DNA of 64,000 nucleotides from an uncultured Gammaproteobacteria bacterium (lineage in GTDB: Bacteria; Pseudomonadota; Gammaproteobacteria; Steroidobacterales; Steroidobacteraceae). Shown piece by piece: positions 20,531-32,097 of the stretch. Below the pieces are notes generated by a model. That model ran no database searches. It saw nothing but the letters and a program-made list of their open reading frames with translations, and had not been told where the DNA came from. Where the stretch lies: NCBI GenBank assembly GCA_963760725.1, contig CAVXET010000039.1, positions 63,497 through 127,496 on the forward strand, read 5' to 3'. A program made the translations under genes and the position numbers. The number at the start of each line of letters is the position of its first letter. The first letter of the stretch is position 1.

Positions 20531-22857
20531 CGTTCCGGTGGCGGCGGTGCGAGCACTTCGCGGCTGCCGTTTGATTGCAGCGGGCCGACGAGGCCTGCCG
20601 CCTCCATGGATTCGACGAGGCGCGCTGCGCGGTTGTAGCCGATCTTGAGCCGGCGCTGCACGCCCGAAACGGAAGCGCGGCGCGACTCGGTCACGATACG
20701 CACGGCCTCGTCGTAGAGCGGGTCCTGTTCGCCGTCCGCGCTGCCGTCGCCGCTGCCGCCCTCGCCCGGCTCGTCCGGCAGGCCCGGGATGCTCTCCTGC
20801 GGGCCGGTCAGCACTTCGTCGACGTAGACGGGCCCGATCCCGCCCTTCAGCGAATTGACGACCGCGTGCACTTCACGGTCGGAGACGAAGGCGCCGTGCA
20901 CGCGATCCGGCGTCGAGGTGCCCGGCGGCTGGTACAGCATGTCGCCGTGGCCGAGCAGCGACTCGGCGCCGTTCTGGTCGAGGATCGTGCGTGAGTCGAC
21001 CTTCGCCGACACCTGGAACGCGATGCGCGTCGGGATGTTCGCCTTGATGAGCCCGGTGATGACGTCGACCGACGGCCGCTGCGTCGCCAGCACGAGGTGG
21101 ATGCCCGATGCGCGCGCCTTCTGCGCCAGCCGCGCGATGAGCTCTTCCACCTTCTTGCCGACGATCAGCATCAGGTCGGCGAGTTCGTCGATCACGACGA
21201 CGATGAACGGCAGCGGCTGCAGCGACGGGATGTCGCCCTCGAACTTGCCCAGTGCGCGAAGTTTTGCGATCAGCGGGTCGGGAATGGCCTGTCCGGCGTA
21301 CTGCGCGTCGCGCACCTTGCGGTTGAAGCCGGCGAGGTTGCGGACGCCCAGTTCCTTCATGAGGTGGTAGCGCCGCTCCATCTCGGCGACGCACCAGCGC
21401 AGCGCGTTGGCCGCGTGCTTCATGTCGGTGACGACCGGCGCCAGCAGGTGCGGGATGCCCTCGTAGACGGAGAGCTCCAGCATCTTCGGGTCGATCAGGA
21501 TCAGGCGCACGTGCTCGGCCGAGCTCTTGTAGAGCAGCGAGAGCACCATCGCGTTGATGGCGACGGACTTGCCGGAGCCGGTGGTGCCGGCAATCAGCAG
21601 GTGCGGCATCTTGGCGAGGTCCGCGACCACCGGGTTGCCGCCGATGTCCTTGCCGAGCGCGAGCGCGAGCGGCGAGTCCAGCTCGTCGTAGGCGCGCGAG
21701 CGCAGGATCTCGCCGAGCGTGACCAGCTCGCGCGACTCGTTCGGGATCTCGAGGCCGACCACCGCCTTGCCCGGGATCACCTCGACGACGCGCACGCTGA
21801 TCGCCGAGAGCGCGCGCGCGAGGTCCTTGGCGAGCGCGCTGATCTGGCTGACCTTCACGCCCGGCGCCGGCTTCAACTCGAAGCGCGTGACGACCGGCCC
21901 CGGCTGCACGGCGACCACTTCGACGTCGATGCCGAAGTCCTTGAGCTTGATCTCGACCAGGCGCGAGATGGCATCGAGCGCCTCGGGCGAATAGGTGCTC
22001 GGCCGCGGCGGCGGCTCGTCGAGCAGCTTGAGTTCCGGCAGGTCGCGCGAGGTCGGCTTGGCGAACAGCTGCACCTGCCGTTCCTTCTCGACGCGCTGGC
22101 TCGGCTCGGCCACCGCCGGTGCCGGCGTCTCGATGCGCGGCGGCGTGCGCTTCTCGGCCTTCTTCTTGACCTCGCGCACGGCGATCTCACGCGCCTCGCG
22201 CAGCTCCCGTCCGACCGCCTGGTCGCGCGAGACCGCAAAGCGCGCGCGAACCCAGGCAGCGGCCGCGAGCACGTCGTGACCCAGCCAGTCCATCACCGTG
22301 AGCCAGGACACGCCGGTATACAGCTGGACGCTCGCGAACCAGATCGCGAGCAGGAGGAGTGTCGCGCCGAGGAGCGATGCAATCCCCGCAAGCCCGTCGC
22401 CGACCAGGCTGCCGAGGATGCCGCCCGCGCCCACGGGCAGCACGCCGGCGGAGAAATGCAGGGTGGCAAGCGCGCAGCTCGTTGCGAGCGCAGCGACGAG
22501 ACCTGTCACGCGCAGCGCGATCGTGGTGCGGCCCTGCCCCGGTTCGCCCGGTGCGCGCTTGAGTCCGATCCAGGCGCTGAATGCGATGGCGACCGGGAAC
22601 AGGAATGCCGGCCAGCCGAACAGCAAGTAGAGCGCGCTCGCGAGCCAGGCGCCGAGCGGCCCGATCAGGTTGCCGACCTGCCCAGGCTCGCCGGTGTAGC
22701 TGAAACTGCGGTCAGCCGGGTCGAAACTCGCGAGCGCGATCAGCAGCACGAGCGCGAGCGCTGCGAGCAGCCAGAAAAGCGCCTCGCGCAGTGCGCGCGC
22801 GAAAACGGGATCGAGCTTTGCATCGGGACCGATTGCCTCGGCGGCGGACTTGGCCAC
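20527..22857 (-). CDS. ftsK: DNA translocase FtsK
   Basis: The 776-aa ORF has N-terminal TM segments, a linker, and a motor domain ([95 protein letters not shown]). It ends with a gamma winged helix ([41 protein letters not shown]). Confidence 0.96.
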   Translation of the reverse strand: MAKSAAEAIGPDAKLDPVFARALREALFWLLAALALVLLIALASFDPADRSFSYTGEPGQVGNLIGPLGAWLASALYLLFGWPAFLFPVAIAFSAWIGLKRAPGEPGQGRTTIALRVTGLVAALATSCALATLHFSAGVLPVGAGGILGSLVGDGLAGIASLLGATLLLLAIWFASVQLYTGVSWLTVMDWLGHDVLAAAAWVRARFAVSRDQAVGRELREAREIAVREVKKKAEKRTPPRIETPAPAVAEPSQRVEKERQVQLFAKPTSRDLPELKLLDEPPPRPSTYSPEALDAISRLVEIKLKDFGIDVEVVAVQPGPVVTRFELKPAPGVKVSQISALAKDLARALSAISVRVVEVIPGKAVVGLEIPNESRELVTLGEILRSRAYDELDSPLALALGKDIGGNPVVADLAKMPHLLIAGTTGSGKSVAINAMVLSLLYKSSAEHVRLILIDPKMLELSVYEGIPHLLAPVVTDMKHAANALRWCVAEMERRYHLMKELGVRNLAGFNRKVRDAQYAGQAIPDPLIAKLRALGKFEGDIPSLQPLPFIVVVIDELADLMLIVGKKVEELIARLAQKARASGIHLVLATQRPSVDVITGLIKANIPTRIAFQVSAKVDSRTILDQNGAESLLGHGDMLYQPPGTSTPDRVHGAFVSDREVHAVVNSLKGGIGPVYVDEVLTGPQESIPGLPDEPGEGGSGDGSADGEQDPLYDEAVRIVTESRRASVSGVQRRLKIGYNRAARLVESMEAAGLVGPLQSNGSREVLAPPPPER

Positions 22858-22903
22858 GGCTCAGAATCCCGGTAAGGAAAATGTCATAAGCGTTTGATTA
22901 TAA

Positions 22904-23949
<1,046 letters not shown>

Positions 23950-23956
23950 GCGCCGC

Positions 23957-25107
23957 GTGGACAGCGCACTCGCCCGCATCGCTCGCCGAGGTCGACGCCG
24001 CGGAGTGGAATGCGCTGCCCGGCGCGGACTGCCCCTTCCTGCGCCACGAGTTCCTGCTCGCGCTGGAAGCAACCGGCTGCGCGACCGCCGACACCGGCTG
24101 GGACGCCGCGCCATGTGCTGCTGCGCGCGCGCGGACGGCTCGCTCGCGGCGCGCTGCCGCTCTACCTGAAGTCGCATTCCTGGGGCGAGTTCGTCTTCGA
24201 TTTCGCCTGGGCCCAGGCCTACCAGCGCGCCGGGCTTCGCTACTACCCCAAGCTCGTCTCGGCCGTGCCGTTCACGCCGGCGACCGGCCCGCGGCTGCTC
24301 GCGCGCCGGCGACGGGCCGCGCGCGGCGCTGCGTCGAGGCCGCTCGCGCGCTGCGACGCAGGGCGCTGCAGGTCTCCTCGCTGCACGTCCTGTTCCCGAC
24401 GGCCGCACGACCGCGAGACGCTCGAGTCGCGGGGCTGCTGCTGCGCCTCGACTGCCAGTTCCACTGGCGCAACGACGGGCTACGCCACCTTCGACGACTT
24501 CCTGGCCGGCTTCACCGCCGAGAAGCGCAAGAAGCTGCGCCGCGAGCGCCGGCGCGTCGCGGAAGCCGGCATCGCCTTCCGGACGCTGACCGGCGCCGGA
24601 CCTCGACGAGGCGACCATCGACGTCGTCTACGGCCTGCATGCCGCGCACCTTCGTGCGCCACGGCCACGCGCCCTACCTCAATCGCGCATTCTTCGTCGG
24701 AGCTCGCGCGCGTGATGCCGGAGAGCCTGGTGGTCGAGCTCGCGCAGCCTCGGCGGCGAGCCCGTCGCCTGCGCGATCTTCTTGCGCGGCGCCGACACGC
24801 TGTACGGCCGCTACTGGGGCGCGAGCGGCGACTTCCACAGCCTGCATTTCGAGCTCTGCTACCACCGGGCATCGAGTACTGCATCAGCGAGGGCCTCGCG
24901 CGCTTCGAGCCCGGCACGCAGGGCGAGCACAAGATTGCTGCGCGGCTTCCTGCCGACGCCCGCGTGGTCGGTGCACGACATCGGCCGACGCGCGCTTTCG
25001 CGCGCGCCATCGGCGGACTGGCTCGCGCGCGAACGGGCGGCGCGCCGATGACGGCTTGCCGAGGCCGCGATGCACCTGCCCTTCCGGCGCGCCGACATCC
25101 CGGCTAG
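23957..25107 (+). pseudogene. FemAB-like/GNAT-fold protein of the DUF482 family; many frame breaks
   Basis: Family-typical fragments lie in three frames: SLAEVDAAEWNALPGADCPFLRHEFLLALEATGCATADTGW; LPLYLKSHSWGEFVFDFAWAQAYQRAGLRYYPKLVSAVPFTPATGPRLL; GYATFDDFLAGFTAEKRKKLRRERRRV; LYGRYWGASGDFHSLHFELCYH; GIEYCISEGLARFEPGTQGEHKI. The start (GTG 23957) and the end are approximate. Confidence 0.6.
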
Positions 25108-25118
25108 GCTCGAAGCCG

Positions 25119-25826
25119 ATGTCCGGCATCGCCTGGCTCCAGAGGACTGACCCGCCGACGGCCCTGCCGCCGACGTTCGCGCGCTCGACGAGCCGAACGG
25201 GCTGCTCGCGGTCGGCGGCGCGCTGACGCCGGAGCGGCTGATGCACGCCTACCGCCGCGGCGTCTTTCCCTGGTACTCCGCCGGACAGCCGATGCTCTGG
25301 TGGTCGCCCGATCCGCGCGCGGTGCTGTTGCCCGGAGGAGTTCCGCATCTCGCGCAGCCTCGCGCAGATCCATCCGCAGGCGCGGCTTCGAGACGCGCAT
25401 CGACACGGCACTTCGCCGCAGTCATCGACGCCTGCGCCGGGCCGCGGCGCGGCATGCCGGGCACCTGGATCACGCGCGAGATGCACGCGGCCTACGTGCT
25501 GCTGCACCGTCGCGGGCTCGCGCACAGCATCGAGATCTGGCGCGACGAGGCAACTGGTCGGCGGCCTGTACGGCGTAGCGCTCGGCCGCGTGTTCTTCGG
25601 CGAGTCGATGTTCAGCCGCGCGACCGACGCCTCCAAGGTCGCGCTGGCGCGCCTGGTCGCGGAGTGCCGCGCGCGGAACGTCGCCGCTGATCGACTGCCA
25701 GATGCCCAGCCCGCACCTGCGCGAGCCTCGGCAGCCGCAGCATCCCGCGTTGCGGATTTCGAGCGCGCGCCTGCGCCGAACTCATCGACTCCCGCGTCGC
25801 CGTGTGGCGGAGACGCCACGATTTAA
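25119..25826 (+). pseudogene. aat: Leucyl/phenylalanyl-tRNA--protein transferase; several frame breaks
   Basis: Fragments: [13 protein letters not shown]; [47 protein letters not shown]; [30 protein letters not shown]; [22 protein letters not shown]; a frame-corrected [11 protein letters not shown] read across a break (only MPSPHL is in a listed ORF). It sits immediately upstream of infA, as in E. coli. Confidence 0.82.
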
Positions 25827-25886
25827 TTGCGCATGGGTGCGGCTGCGGCACAATCCGCGCGGTTTCCGCTACAGCAACGGGGCGCG

Positions 25887-26105
25887 ATGGCCAAAGAAGA
25901 CGCGATCCAGATGGAAGGCGAGGTCGTCGAGACCCTGCCCAACACGACGTTTCGCGTGCAGCTGAAGAACGGCCACGTGGTCACCGCCCACATCTCCGGC
26001 AAGATGCGCAAGAACTACATCCGCATCCTGACCGGCGACACCGTGACGGTCGAAATGACGCCCTACGACCTGACCAAGGGCCGCATCATCTACCGCGGGC
26101 GATAG
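25887..26105 (+). CDS. infA: Translation initiation factor IF-1
   Basis: [72 protein letters not shown] is a 72-aa sequence close to canonical IF-1. Confidence 0.97.
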   Translation: MAKEDAIQMEGEVVETLPNTTFRVQLKNGHVVTAHISGKMRKNYIRILTGDTVTVEMTPYDLTKGRIIYRGR

Positions 26106-26107
26106 AA

Positions 26108-26154
26108 GGGGACGCACCCCGTTTCTTCGTTGCGCTTGAACAGGGGTGCGTCCC
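26108..26154. terminator. Long hairpin between convergent infA and clpA (candidate bidirectional terminator)
   Basis: GGGGACGCACCCC (26108-26120) pairs with GGGGTGCGTCCC (26143-26154). A T-rich stretch (GTTTCTTCGTT) follows the first arm. Read directly; no energy was computed. Confidence 0.45.
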
Positions 26155-26172
26155 TGATCGCGCGCGCGCTGA

Positions 26173-28474
26173 TCATTCCTGGCCGAGCAGCTCGCGGCGC
26201 CTTGCCGGTCGGATGTCGAGCAGCGAGGCTGTCGCCGTCCGTCGGCCAGCGTGACGCAGGACGTGCCCGCCACCGGCGAGCTTGCCGAACAGCAGTTCCT
26301 CGGCCAGCGGGCGCTTGATCGTGCTCCTGGATGCAGCCGCGCCATCGGCCGCGCACCCATCTTCGGGTCGTAGCCGTGCTCGGCGATCCAGCGCGCGCGC
26401 CGGCGTCGTCGATCGACAGCGTGCACGCCCTTCTGCTCGAGCTGCGCCTCGACCTCGACCAGCAGCTTGTCGACCACGCGCTCGATGGTCGGCCGCGATC
26501 GAGCGGCGCGAACTGGATGATCGCGTCGAGGCGGTTGCGGAACTCCGGCGAGAAGAGCCGGCGGATCGCCTCCATGCCGTCGCTGCGCGTTGTCCGACTG
26601 CGTGAAGCCGATGCGGCGCGCGGCTCATCTCCTGCGGCGCCGGCATTGGTCGTCATCACGATGATCACGTGGCGGAAGTCGGCCTTGCGGCCGTTGTTGT
26701 CGGTGAGCGTGCCGTGGTCCATCACCTGCAGCAGCAGGTTGAAGACGTCCGGATGCGCCTTCTCGATCTCGTCGAGCAGCAGCACGCAGTGCGGATGCTT
26801 GGCGATCGCCTCGGTCAGCAGGCCGCCCTGGTCGAAGCCGACGTAGCCCGGCGGCGCGCCGATCAGGCGCGAGACGGTGTGGCGCTCCATGTACTCGGAC
26901 ATGTCGAAGCGCAGGAACTCGACGCCCAGCGCGATGGCCAGCTGGCGCGTGACCTCGGTCTTGCCGACGCCGGTCGGACCGGCGAACAGGAAGCTGCCGA
27001 CCGGCTTGCGCTCGTCGCCGAGGCCCGAGCGCGCCATCTTGATCGCCGCCGCCAGCGCCTCGATCGCCGGATCCTGGCCGAAGATCACGAGCTTCAGGTT
27101 GCGCTCGAGGTTGCGCAGCACCTCGCGGTCGGAGGTCGAGACGTTCTTGGCCGGGATGCGCGCCATGCGCGCGACCACGTCCTCGATCTGGCGCGACGGT
27201 CACCGTCGCCTCGCGCTCCGCCGGCGGCTTCAGGCGCAGCGCGCGCCCGCCTCGTCGACGACGTCGATGGCCTTGTCGGGCAGGTGGCGGTCGTTGATGT
27301 GCGCGCTCGGCGAGCTCTGCCGCGGCCGACCAGGGCCTCGTCCGCGTAGGTGACGCCGTGGTGCTCCTCGAAGCGCGACCTGAGGCCGCGCAGGATCTCG
27401 ATGGTCTCGGCGACGGTCGGCTCGACCACGTCGATCTTCTGGAAGCGGCGCGCCAGCGCGTGGTCCTTCTCGAAGATGCCGCGGTATTCCTGGTAGGTGG
27501 TCGAGCCGATGCAGCGCAGCTCGCCGTTGGCCAGCACCGGCTTGATCAGGTTCGAGGCGTCCATGACGCCGCCGGAGGCGGCGCCGGCGCCGATGACCGT
27601 GTGGATCTCGTCGATGAACAGGATCGCGCCGGGCTGCTTCTTGAGTTCGCCGATCACGCGCCTTCAGCCGCTTCTCGAAGTCGCCGCGGTACTTGGTGCC
27701 CGCGATCAGCGCGCCCATGTCGAGCGCGTAGATCGTGCAGTCCGCGAGCACGTCCGGGCACCTTGCCCTTCGACGATGAGGCGCGCCAGGCCTTCGACGA
27801 TCGCGGTCTTGCCGACGCCGGCCTCGCCGACGTAGAGCGGGTTGTTCTTGCGGCGGCGGCAGAGGATCTCGATGGTGCGCTCGACCTCGAGCTGGCGGCC
27901 GATCAGCGGATCGATGCGCCCGGCGCGGCCTGCGGCATTGAGGTTGACCGTGTATTTCTCGAGCGCGCTGCGCCCCGCGTCCTCCGCGCCTCGCGCTCGC
28001 CGGCGGCGTCCTTCTTCGCGCGCGGCTTCGCGCCCGTCGCCTGACGACGGCAGGCCGTGCGAGATGAAGTTGACGATGTCGAGCCGCGTGACGTCCTGCG
28101 CGACAGCAGGTACACGGCGTGCGATCTGCTTCTCGCTGAAGATCGCGACCAGCACGTTCGCGACCGTCGACTTCCTTCTTGCCGCTCGACTGCACGTGGA
28201 ACACCGCGCGCTGCAGCACGCGCTGGAAGCCGAGCGTCGGCTGCACTTCGCGGTCGTCCTCGGCCGCGAGTGCGGGCGTCGTCTCGTCGATGAACTTCTG
28301 CAGCTCGGCCTGGAGCCGCGCGAGGTCTGCGCCGCAGGCCTTGAGGATCTCGCGCACGCGCGGCGCATCGATGATGGACAGCAGCAGGTGCTCCACCGTC
28401 ATGTATTCGTGGCGCGCGTCGCGCGCCTGCTGGTAGGCCTCGTTCAGGCAGTATTCGAGTTCACTGGACAGCAA
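26173..28474 (-). pseudogene. clpA: ATP-dependent Clp protease ATP-binding subunit ClpA; many frame breaks
   Basis: The N-domain [36 protein letters not shown] is at 28474. NBD1 pieces include [21 protein letters not shown] and [51 protein letters not shown]2 pieces include GSFLFAGPTGVGKTEVTRQLA, CVLLLDEIEKAHPDVFNLLLQVMDHGTLTDNNGRKADFRHVIIVMTTNAG and FSPEFRNRLDAIIQFAPL. They are spread over all three frames, and the exact 3' end is uncertain. Confidence 0.88.
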
Positions 28475-28804
28475 TCAGGTTTCCTCCATCGTGCACAGCA
28501 GCGGGTGCTGGTGCTGCCGCGCGTAGGTCATCACCTGGGCCACCTTGGTCTCCGCGATCTCGAACGTGTACACCCCGCAGACGCCCTTGCCCTTCGTGTG
28601 CACCTCGAGCATCACCCGCGTCGCCCGCATCCGGTCCAGGCTGAAGATGCGCTCCAGCACGTCGACCACGAACTCCATGGGCGTGTAGTCGTCGTTCAGC
28701 AGCACCACCTGGTACAGGGGCGGCTTGCGCAGCTTGGGCTGCGCCTCCTCCACCACCAGGTCGAGCCCGCCTTGCCCGATATCGCGTTCCTTGTCGCCCG
28801 CCAC
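28475..28804 (-). CDS. clpS: ATP-dependent Clp protease adaptor ClpS
   Basis: The core [83 protein letters not shown] matches ClpS. The gene abuts the clpA start. Confidence 0.95.
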   Translation of the reverse strand: MAGDKERDIGQGGLDLVVEEAQPKLRKPPLYQVVLLNDDYTPMEFVVDVLERIFSLDRMRATRVMLEVHTKGKGVCGVYTFEIAETKVAQVMTYARQHQHPLLCTMEET

Positions 28805-29033
28805 CCGTTTTCCCCGTCCTTCGCCTTCGGCTCATTTATAGGGGTCGAGAGGCGGTGGCACAAGTGACGGGTCCGGCATTCGCCAAATGGCGACACCATT
28901 GCAAGCCAAGTTTGAGAAGTGTCGCACAAGTGCCCGCCGTTACATCGTTTTCCCACCCCTTTTCGCCTTGTGGCAGCGCGCCGGCAACCCGTATCATGTC
29001 CGGGTCTCCCGGCCCCGGCGGACCAGGCACCGC

Positions 29034-30034
29034 ATGCAGCTAGTCGATCGAATCGTCGCGCCCTTGCGCCGCCCAGCGGGCGGCGTCCAGGGGCTTGCGG
29101 CCGCCGCGCCGTCGATCGCCACGGTGATCCTCGCCATCGTGATCGCAGCCCAGCTCGCCTCGCTGGTCTGGCGCGCGCTCGGTGCGGGCGAAGACTCCGA
29201 GGTCGTCGAGCTCCCCGACGTCCTGCCGGCCGCGCCGGTCGTCGATCTTCCGGCGATCGTCAATGCACATCTCTTCGGAAAGGCTGCCGATACAGGCGAC
29301 CCTTCTGACGCGCCGGCAACTTCGGCGAATCTCACGCTGACCGGCACCCTGGCCGGCCGCGAGCCGGAGCACGGCTGGGCCATCATTGGCGCGACCGGGC
29401 AGACCGCGCGCGTCTACGCGACCGGCACGTCGCTTCCCGGCGGCTCGAAACTCTTTGCCGTCTATCCGGATCGCGTGATCCTCGACCGCAACGGGTCGCG
29501 CGAGTCGCTGATGCTGCCGAGGCTCTCGGGCGGTGGCGGCGCAAACTACGCGCCGCGCGTGGCAAGCCAGGCCCAGGGAGGCGCGCCGAACGCTTCGCTC
29601 GCCGACAGCGTTCGGCAGTTGCTGGTGCAGAACCCGCAGGCGGGCGGTGACCTGCTGCGCCCGCAGCCGGTCTTCGCCGGCGGATCGCTGCGCGGCTATC
29701 GCGTGTACCCCGGCCGCAATCGCGCACAATTCGCGGGACTCGGTTTGCAGCCCGGCGACCTGGTGATGGCGGTCAACGGGGCTGCGCTCGACGACCCCAA
29801 TCGCGGGCTCGAGATCCTGCGCGGCGTCGGCCAGGGTTCGGCCGTGACGCTGACCGTCGAGCGCGGCGGCCAGCAGCAGCAGATCACGATCGATCCCGTC
29901 ACGGCCGTCCAGGAACTGCAGCAGGCACCGACCGTCGAGGATCCGTGGAAGAAGAAGCAGACGAATTGGACGAGGTGGAGACGGTCGACGATGAAGAGAC
30001 GGCAACGAATGAGGATCGTCTCCCAAAGGAATGA
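29034..30034 (+). pseudogene. gspC: Type II secretion system protein GspC (TM anchor + PDZ); 1 frame break near the 3' end that fuses it in-frame to gspD
   Basis: MQLVDRIVAPL...IATVILAIVIAAQLASLVW (TM anchor); LTLTGTLAGREPEHGWAIIG..GQTARVYATGTSLPGGSKLFAVYPDRVILDRNGSRESL (HR domain); LRGYRVYPGRNRAQFAGLGLQPGDLVMAVNGAALDDPNRGLEIL (PDZ). After about 29945 an alternative frame reads VEEEADELDEVETVDDEETATNEDRLPKE, with a TGA at 30032-30034, 4 nt before the gspD ATG. Confidence 0.78.
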
Positions 30035-30038
30035 CCTC

Positions 30039-32084
30039 ATGATCCGATTCATCCGGATGGCCACCCTCCTCGCCTGCGCGTTGCCGCTCGCCGCCGCGGC
30101 GCAGCAGGGCGCGCAGATCACGCCGAACTACAAGGACGCGGACATCAACCAGGTGATCGAGGCCGTGAGCCAGGTGACCGGCAAGAGCTTCATCGTCGAT
30201 CCGCGCGTGCGCGCCCAGGTGACGATGCTGTCGACGACGCCGATGAGCCCGGACGCCTTCTACGAGGCATTCCTCGCGATCCTGCAGGTGTACGACTACA
30301 TCGCCGTGCCCTCGGGCAACGTCATCAAGATCCTGCCGAACCTCAACGCCCGGCAGGTGCCATCGAACGACCTGCCGGACCGGGTCAGTGCGACCTCGGA
30401 CGAGATCGTGACGCAGGTGATCCAGGTCCGGAACGTCTCCGCCGGGCAGCTGGTGCCGATCCTGCGGCCGATGATGCCGCAGGCGGCGCATCTCGCGGCC
30501 TACCCCAGCGCCAACATGCTGATCATCTCGGACCGCGCCGCGAACGTGAACCGCATCATGCGCATCGTCCAGCGCATCGACCGCAGCGGCGACGAGGACA
30601 TCGAGTTGATCCGCCTCGAGCACGCCTCCGCGAGCGAGATCGTGCGGGTGATCAATTCGCTCTCTTCCGCCCAGGGCGCGGATGCCGCGGGCGGATCACG
30701 CATCGTCGCCGACGAGCGCACGAACAGCGTGCTCGTGAGCGGCGAGAAGTCGCAGCGCCTGCGCCTGCGCACGCTCGTGGCCCACCTCGACACCCCGCTC
30801 GAGGCCGGCGGCGATACGCAGGTCCGTTACCTGCGCTACGCCGATGCCGAGAAGCTTGCCGCCAAGCTGAAGGAGCAGTCCGGTGCGGCGGTCGCGGCGG
30901 AAGGCGGCGCGGCGGCCGCCCAGGCGGCGGCGGCCCCGGGTACGGCAGACAAGTCGATCACGATCTGGGCGGACCCCGAGACCAATGCGCTCGTCATGAC
31001 CGCCCCGCCCAAGGCCATGCGCTCCCTGATGGCGGTGGTCGACCGGCTCGACGTGCGCCGCGCCCAGGTGATCATCGAGGCGATGCTGGTCGAGGTCTCC
31101 ACCGACGCGTCCCGCGACCTCGGCGTCAACTGGGTCGTCGACGGCTCGGGCGACAATTTCCTGGTCGGCCTCTTCAACACCCCGATCGCGGGCGTCTCCC
31201 TCGGCGACATCGCGCGCGGGGTCCAGGACCCGTCCTCGGTGACCTCCGCCCCGGGCGGCTTCACGATCGGCGGCGGCCGCCGCGAGGACAGCGGCACCAA
31301 CTTCGCCGCCATCCTGCGCGCGCTCGCGAGCAACGGCGACACCAACGTGGTTTCGATGCCTTCGGTCATCACGCTCGACAACGAGGAAGCGCAGATCAAG
31401 GTCGCGCAGGAAGTGCCGTTCCTGACGGGGACGTACACCAACACGGGCGGCGCCGGCGGCGCGGTCAACCCGTTCCAGACCATCGAGCGCAAGGAAGTCG
31501 GCAACATCCTCAAGATCACGCCGCAGATCACCGACGAGGACACGATCCTGCTCAAGATCGAGCAGGAAGCGTCGGGCATCGCAGCGGCGGCGGCCCAGGT
31601 GTCCACGACCGATCTCGTGACCAACAAGCGCACGATCTCGACCCGCGTGCTGGTCGACGACGGCGGCATGATCGTGCTCGGCGGCCTGATCGAGGATCGT
31701 CTGACCGAGAGCGAATCGCGCGTGCCGGTGCTCGGCAGGATCCCGGTGATCGGCGCCCTGTTCCGGGTGCGCAACACGCAGAAGACCAAGACCAACCTCA
31801 TGGTCTTCATCCGCCCGCGCGTGCTGCGCACGGCCGAGCAGGCGGCGATCGAGACCAACTCGAAGTACAACTACCTGCGCGACATGCAGCAGAACCGCAA
31901 TGACGGCAAGGTCAAGATGATGCCGGGCTCGACGCAGCCGATGCTGCCGCCCCTCGTCGGGCCGACCCAGCCGACGCCGACCCCGCCGCCTCCGGCGCCG
32001 CTCGAGATGGCCTCGCCGACGTCGGACGCGCCGCCGCCGCCGCCGCCCGAGGCCGCGGAATCGACCCAAAGCCCGCCCGAGTGA
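30039..32084 (+). CDS. gspD: Type II secretion system secretin GspD
   Basis: MIRFIRMATLLACALPLAAAAQQ (signal peptide), ITPNYKDADINQVIEAVSQVTGKSFIVDPRVRAQVTM (N0/N1 domains), then the secretin core VLVDDGGMIVLGGLIEDRLTESESRVPVLGRIPVIGALFRVRNTQKTKTNLMVFIRPRVL. The tail is Pro-rich. Confidence 0.93.
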   Translation: MIRFIRMATLLACALPLAAAAQQGAQITPNYKDADINQVIEAVSQVTGKSFIVDPRVRAQVTMLSTTPMSPDAFYEAFLAILQVYDYIAVPSGNVIKILPNLNARQVPSNDLPDRVSATSDEIVTQVIQVRNVSAGQLVPILRPMMPQAAHLAAYPSANMLIISDRAANVNRIMRIVQRIDRSGDEDIELIRLEHASASEIVRVINSLSSAQGADAAGGSRIVADERTNSVLVSGEKSQRLRLRTLVAHLDTPLEAGGDTQVRYLRYADAEKLAAKLKEQSGAAVAAEGGAAAAQAAAAPGTADKSITIWADPETNALVMTAPPKAMRSLMAVVDRLDVRRAQVIIEAMLVEVSTDASRDLGVNWVVDGSGDNFLVGLFNTPIAGVSLGDIARGVQDPSSVTSAPGGFTIGGGRREDSGTNFAAILRALASNGDTNVVSMPSVITLDNEEAQIKVAQEVPFLTGTYTNTGGAGGAVNPFQTIERKEVGNILKITPQITDEDTILLKIEQEASGIAAAAAQVSTTDLVTNKRTISTRVLVDDGGMIVLGGLIEDRLTESESRVPVLGRIPVIGALFRVRNTQKTKTNLMVFIRPRVLRTAEQAAIETNSKYNYLRDMQQNRNDGKVKMMPGSTQPMLPPLVGPTQPTPTPPPPAPLEMASPTSDAPPPPPPEAAESTQSPPE

Positions 32085-32097
32085 CGCGGAACGCCCG

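Noticed and set aside
28887-32084. A genuine GspC-GspD fusion protein of 1065 aa
   Set aside because: GspD has its own ATG and signal peptide in the middle of the ORF. A frame shifted by one base supplies a plausible acidic GspC C-terminus with a stop 4 nt before that ATG. Given the many other indels in this sequence, a masked stop codon is the more economical explanation.
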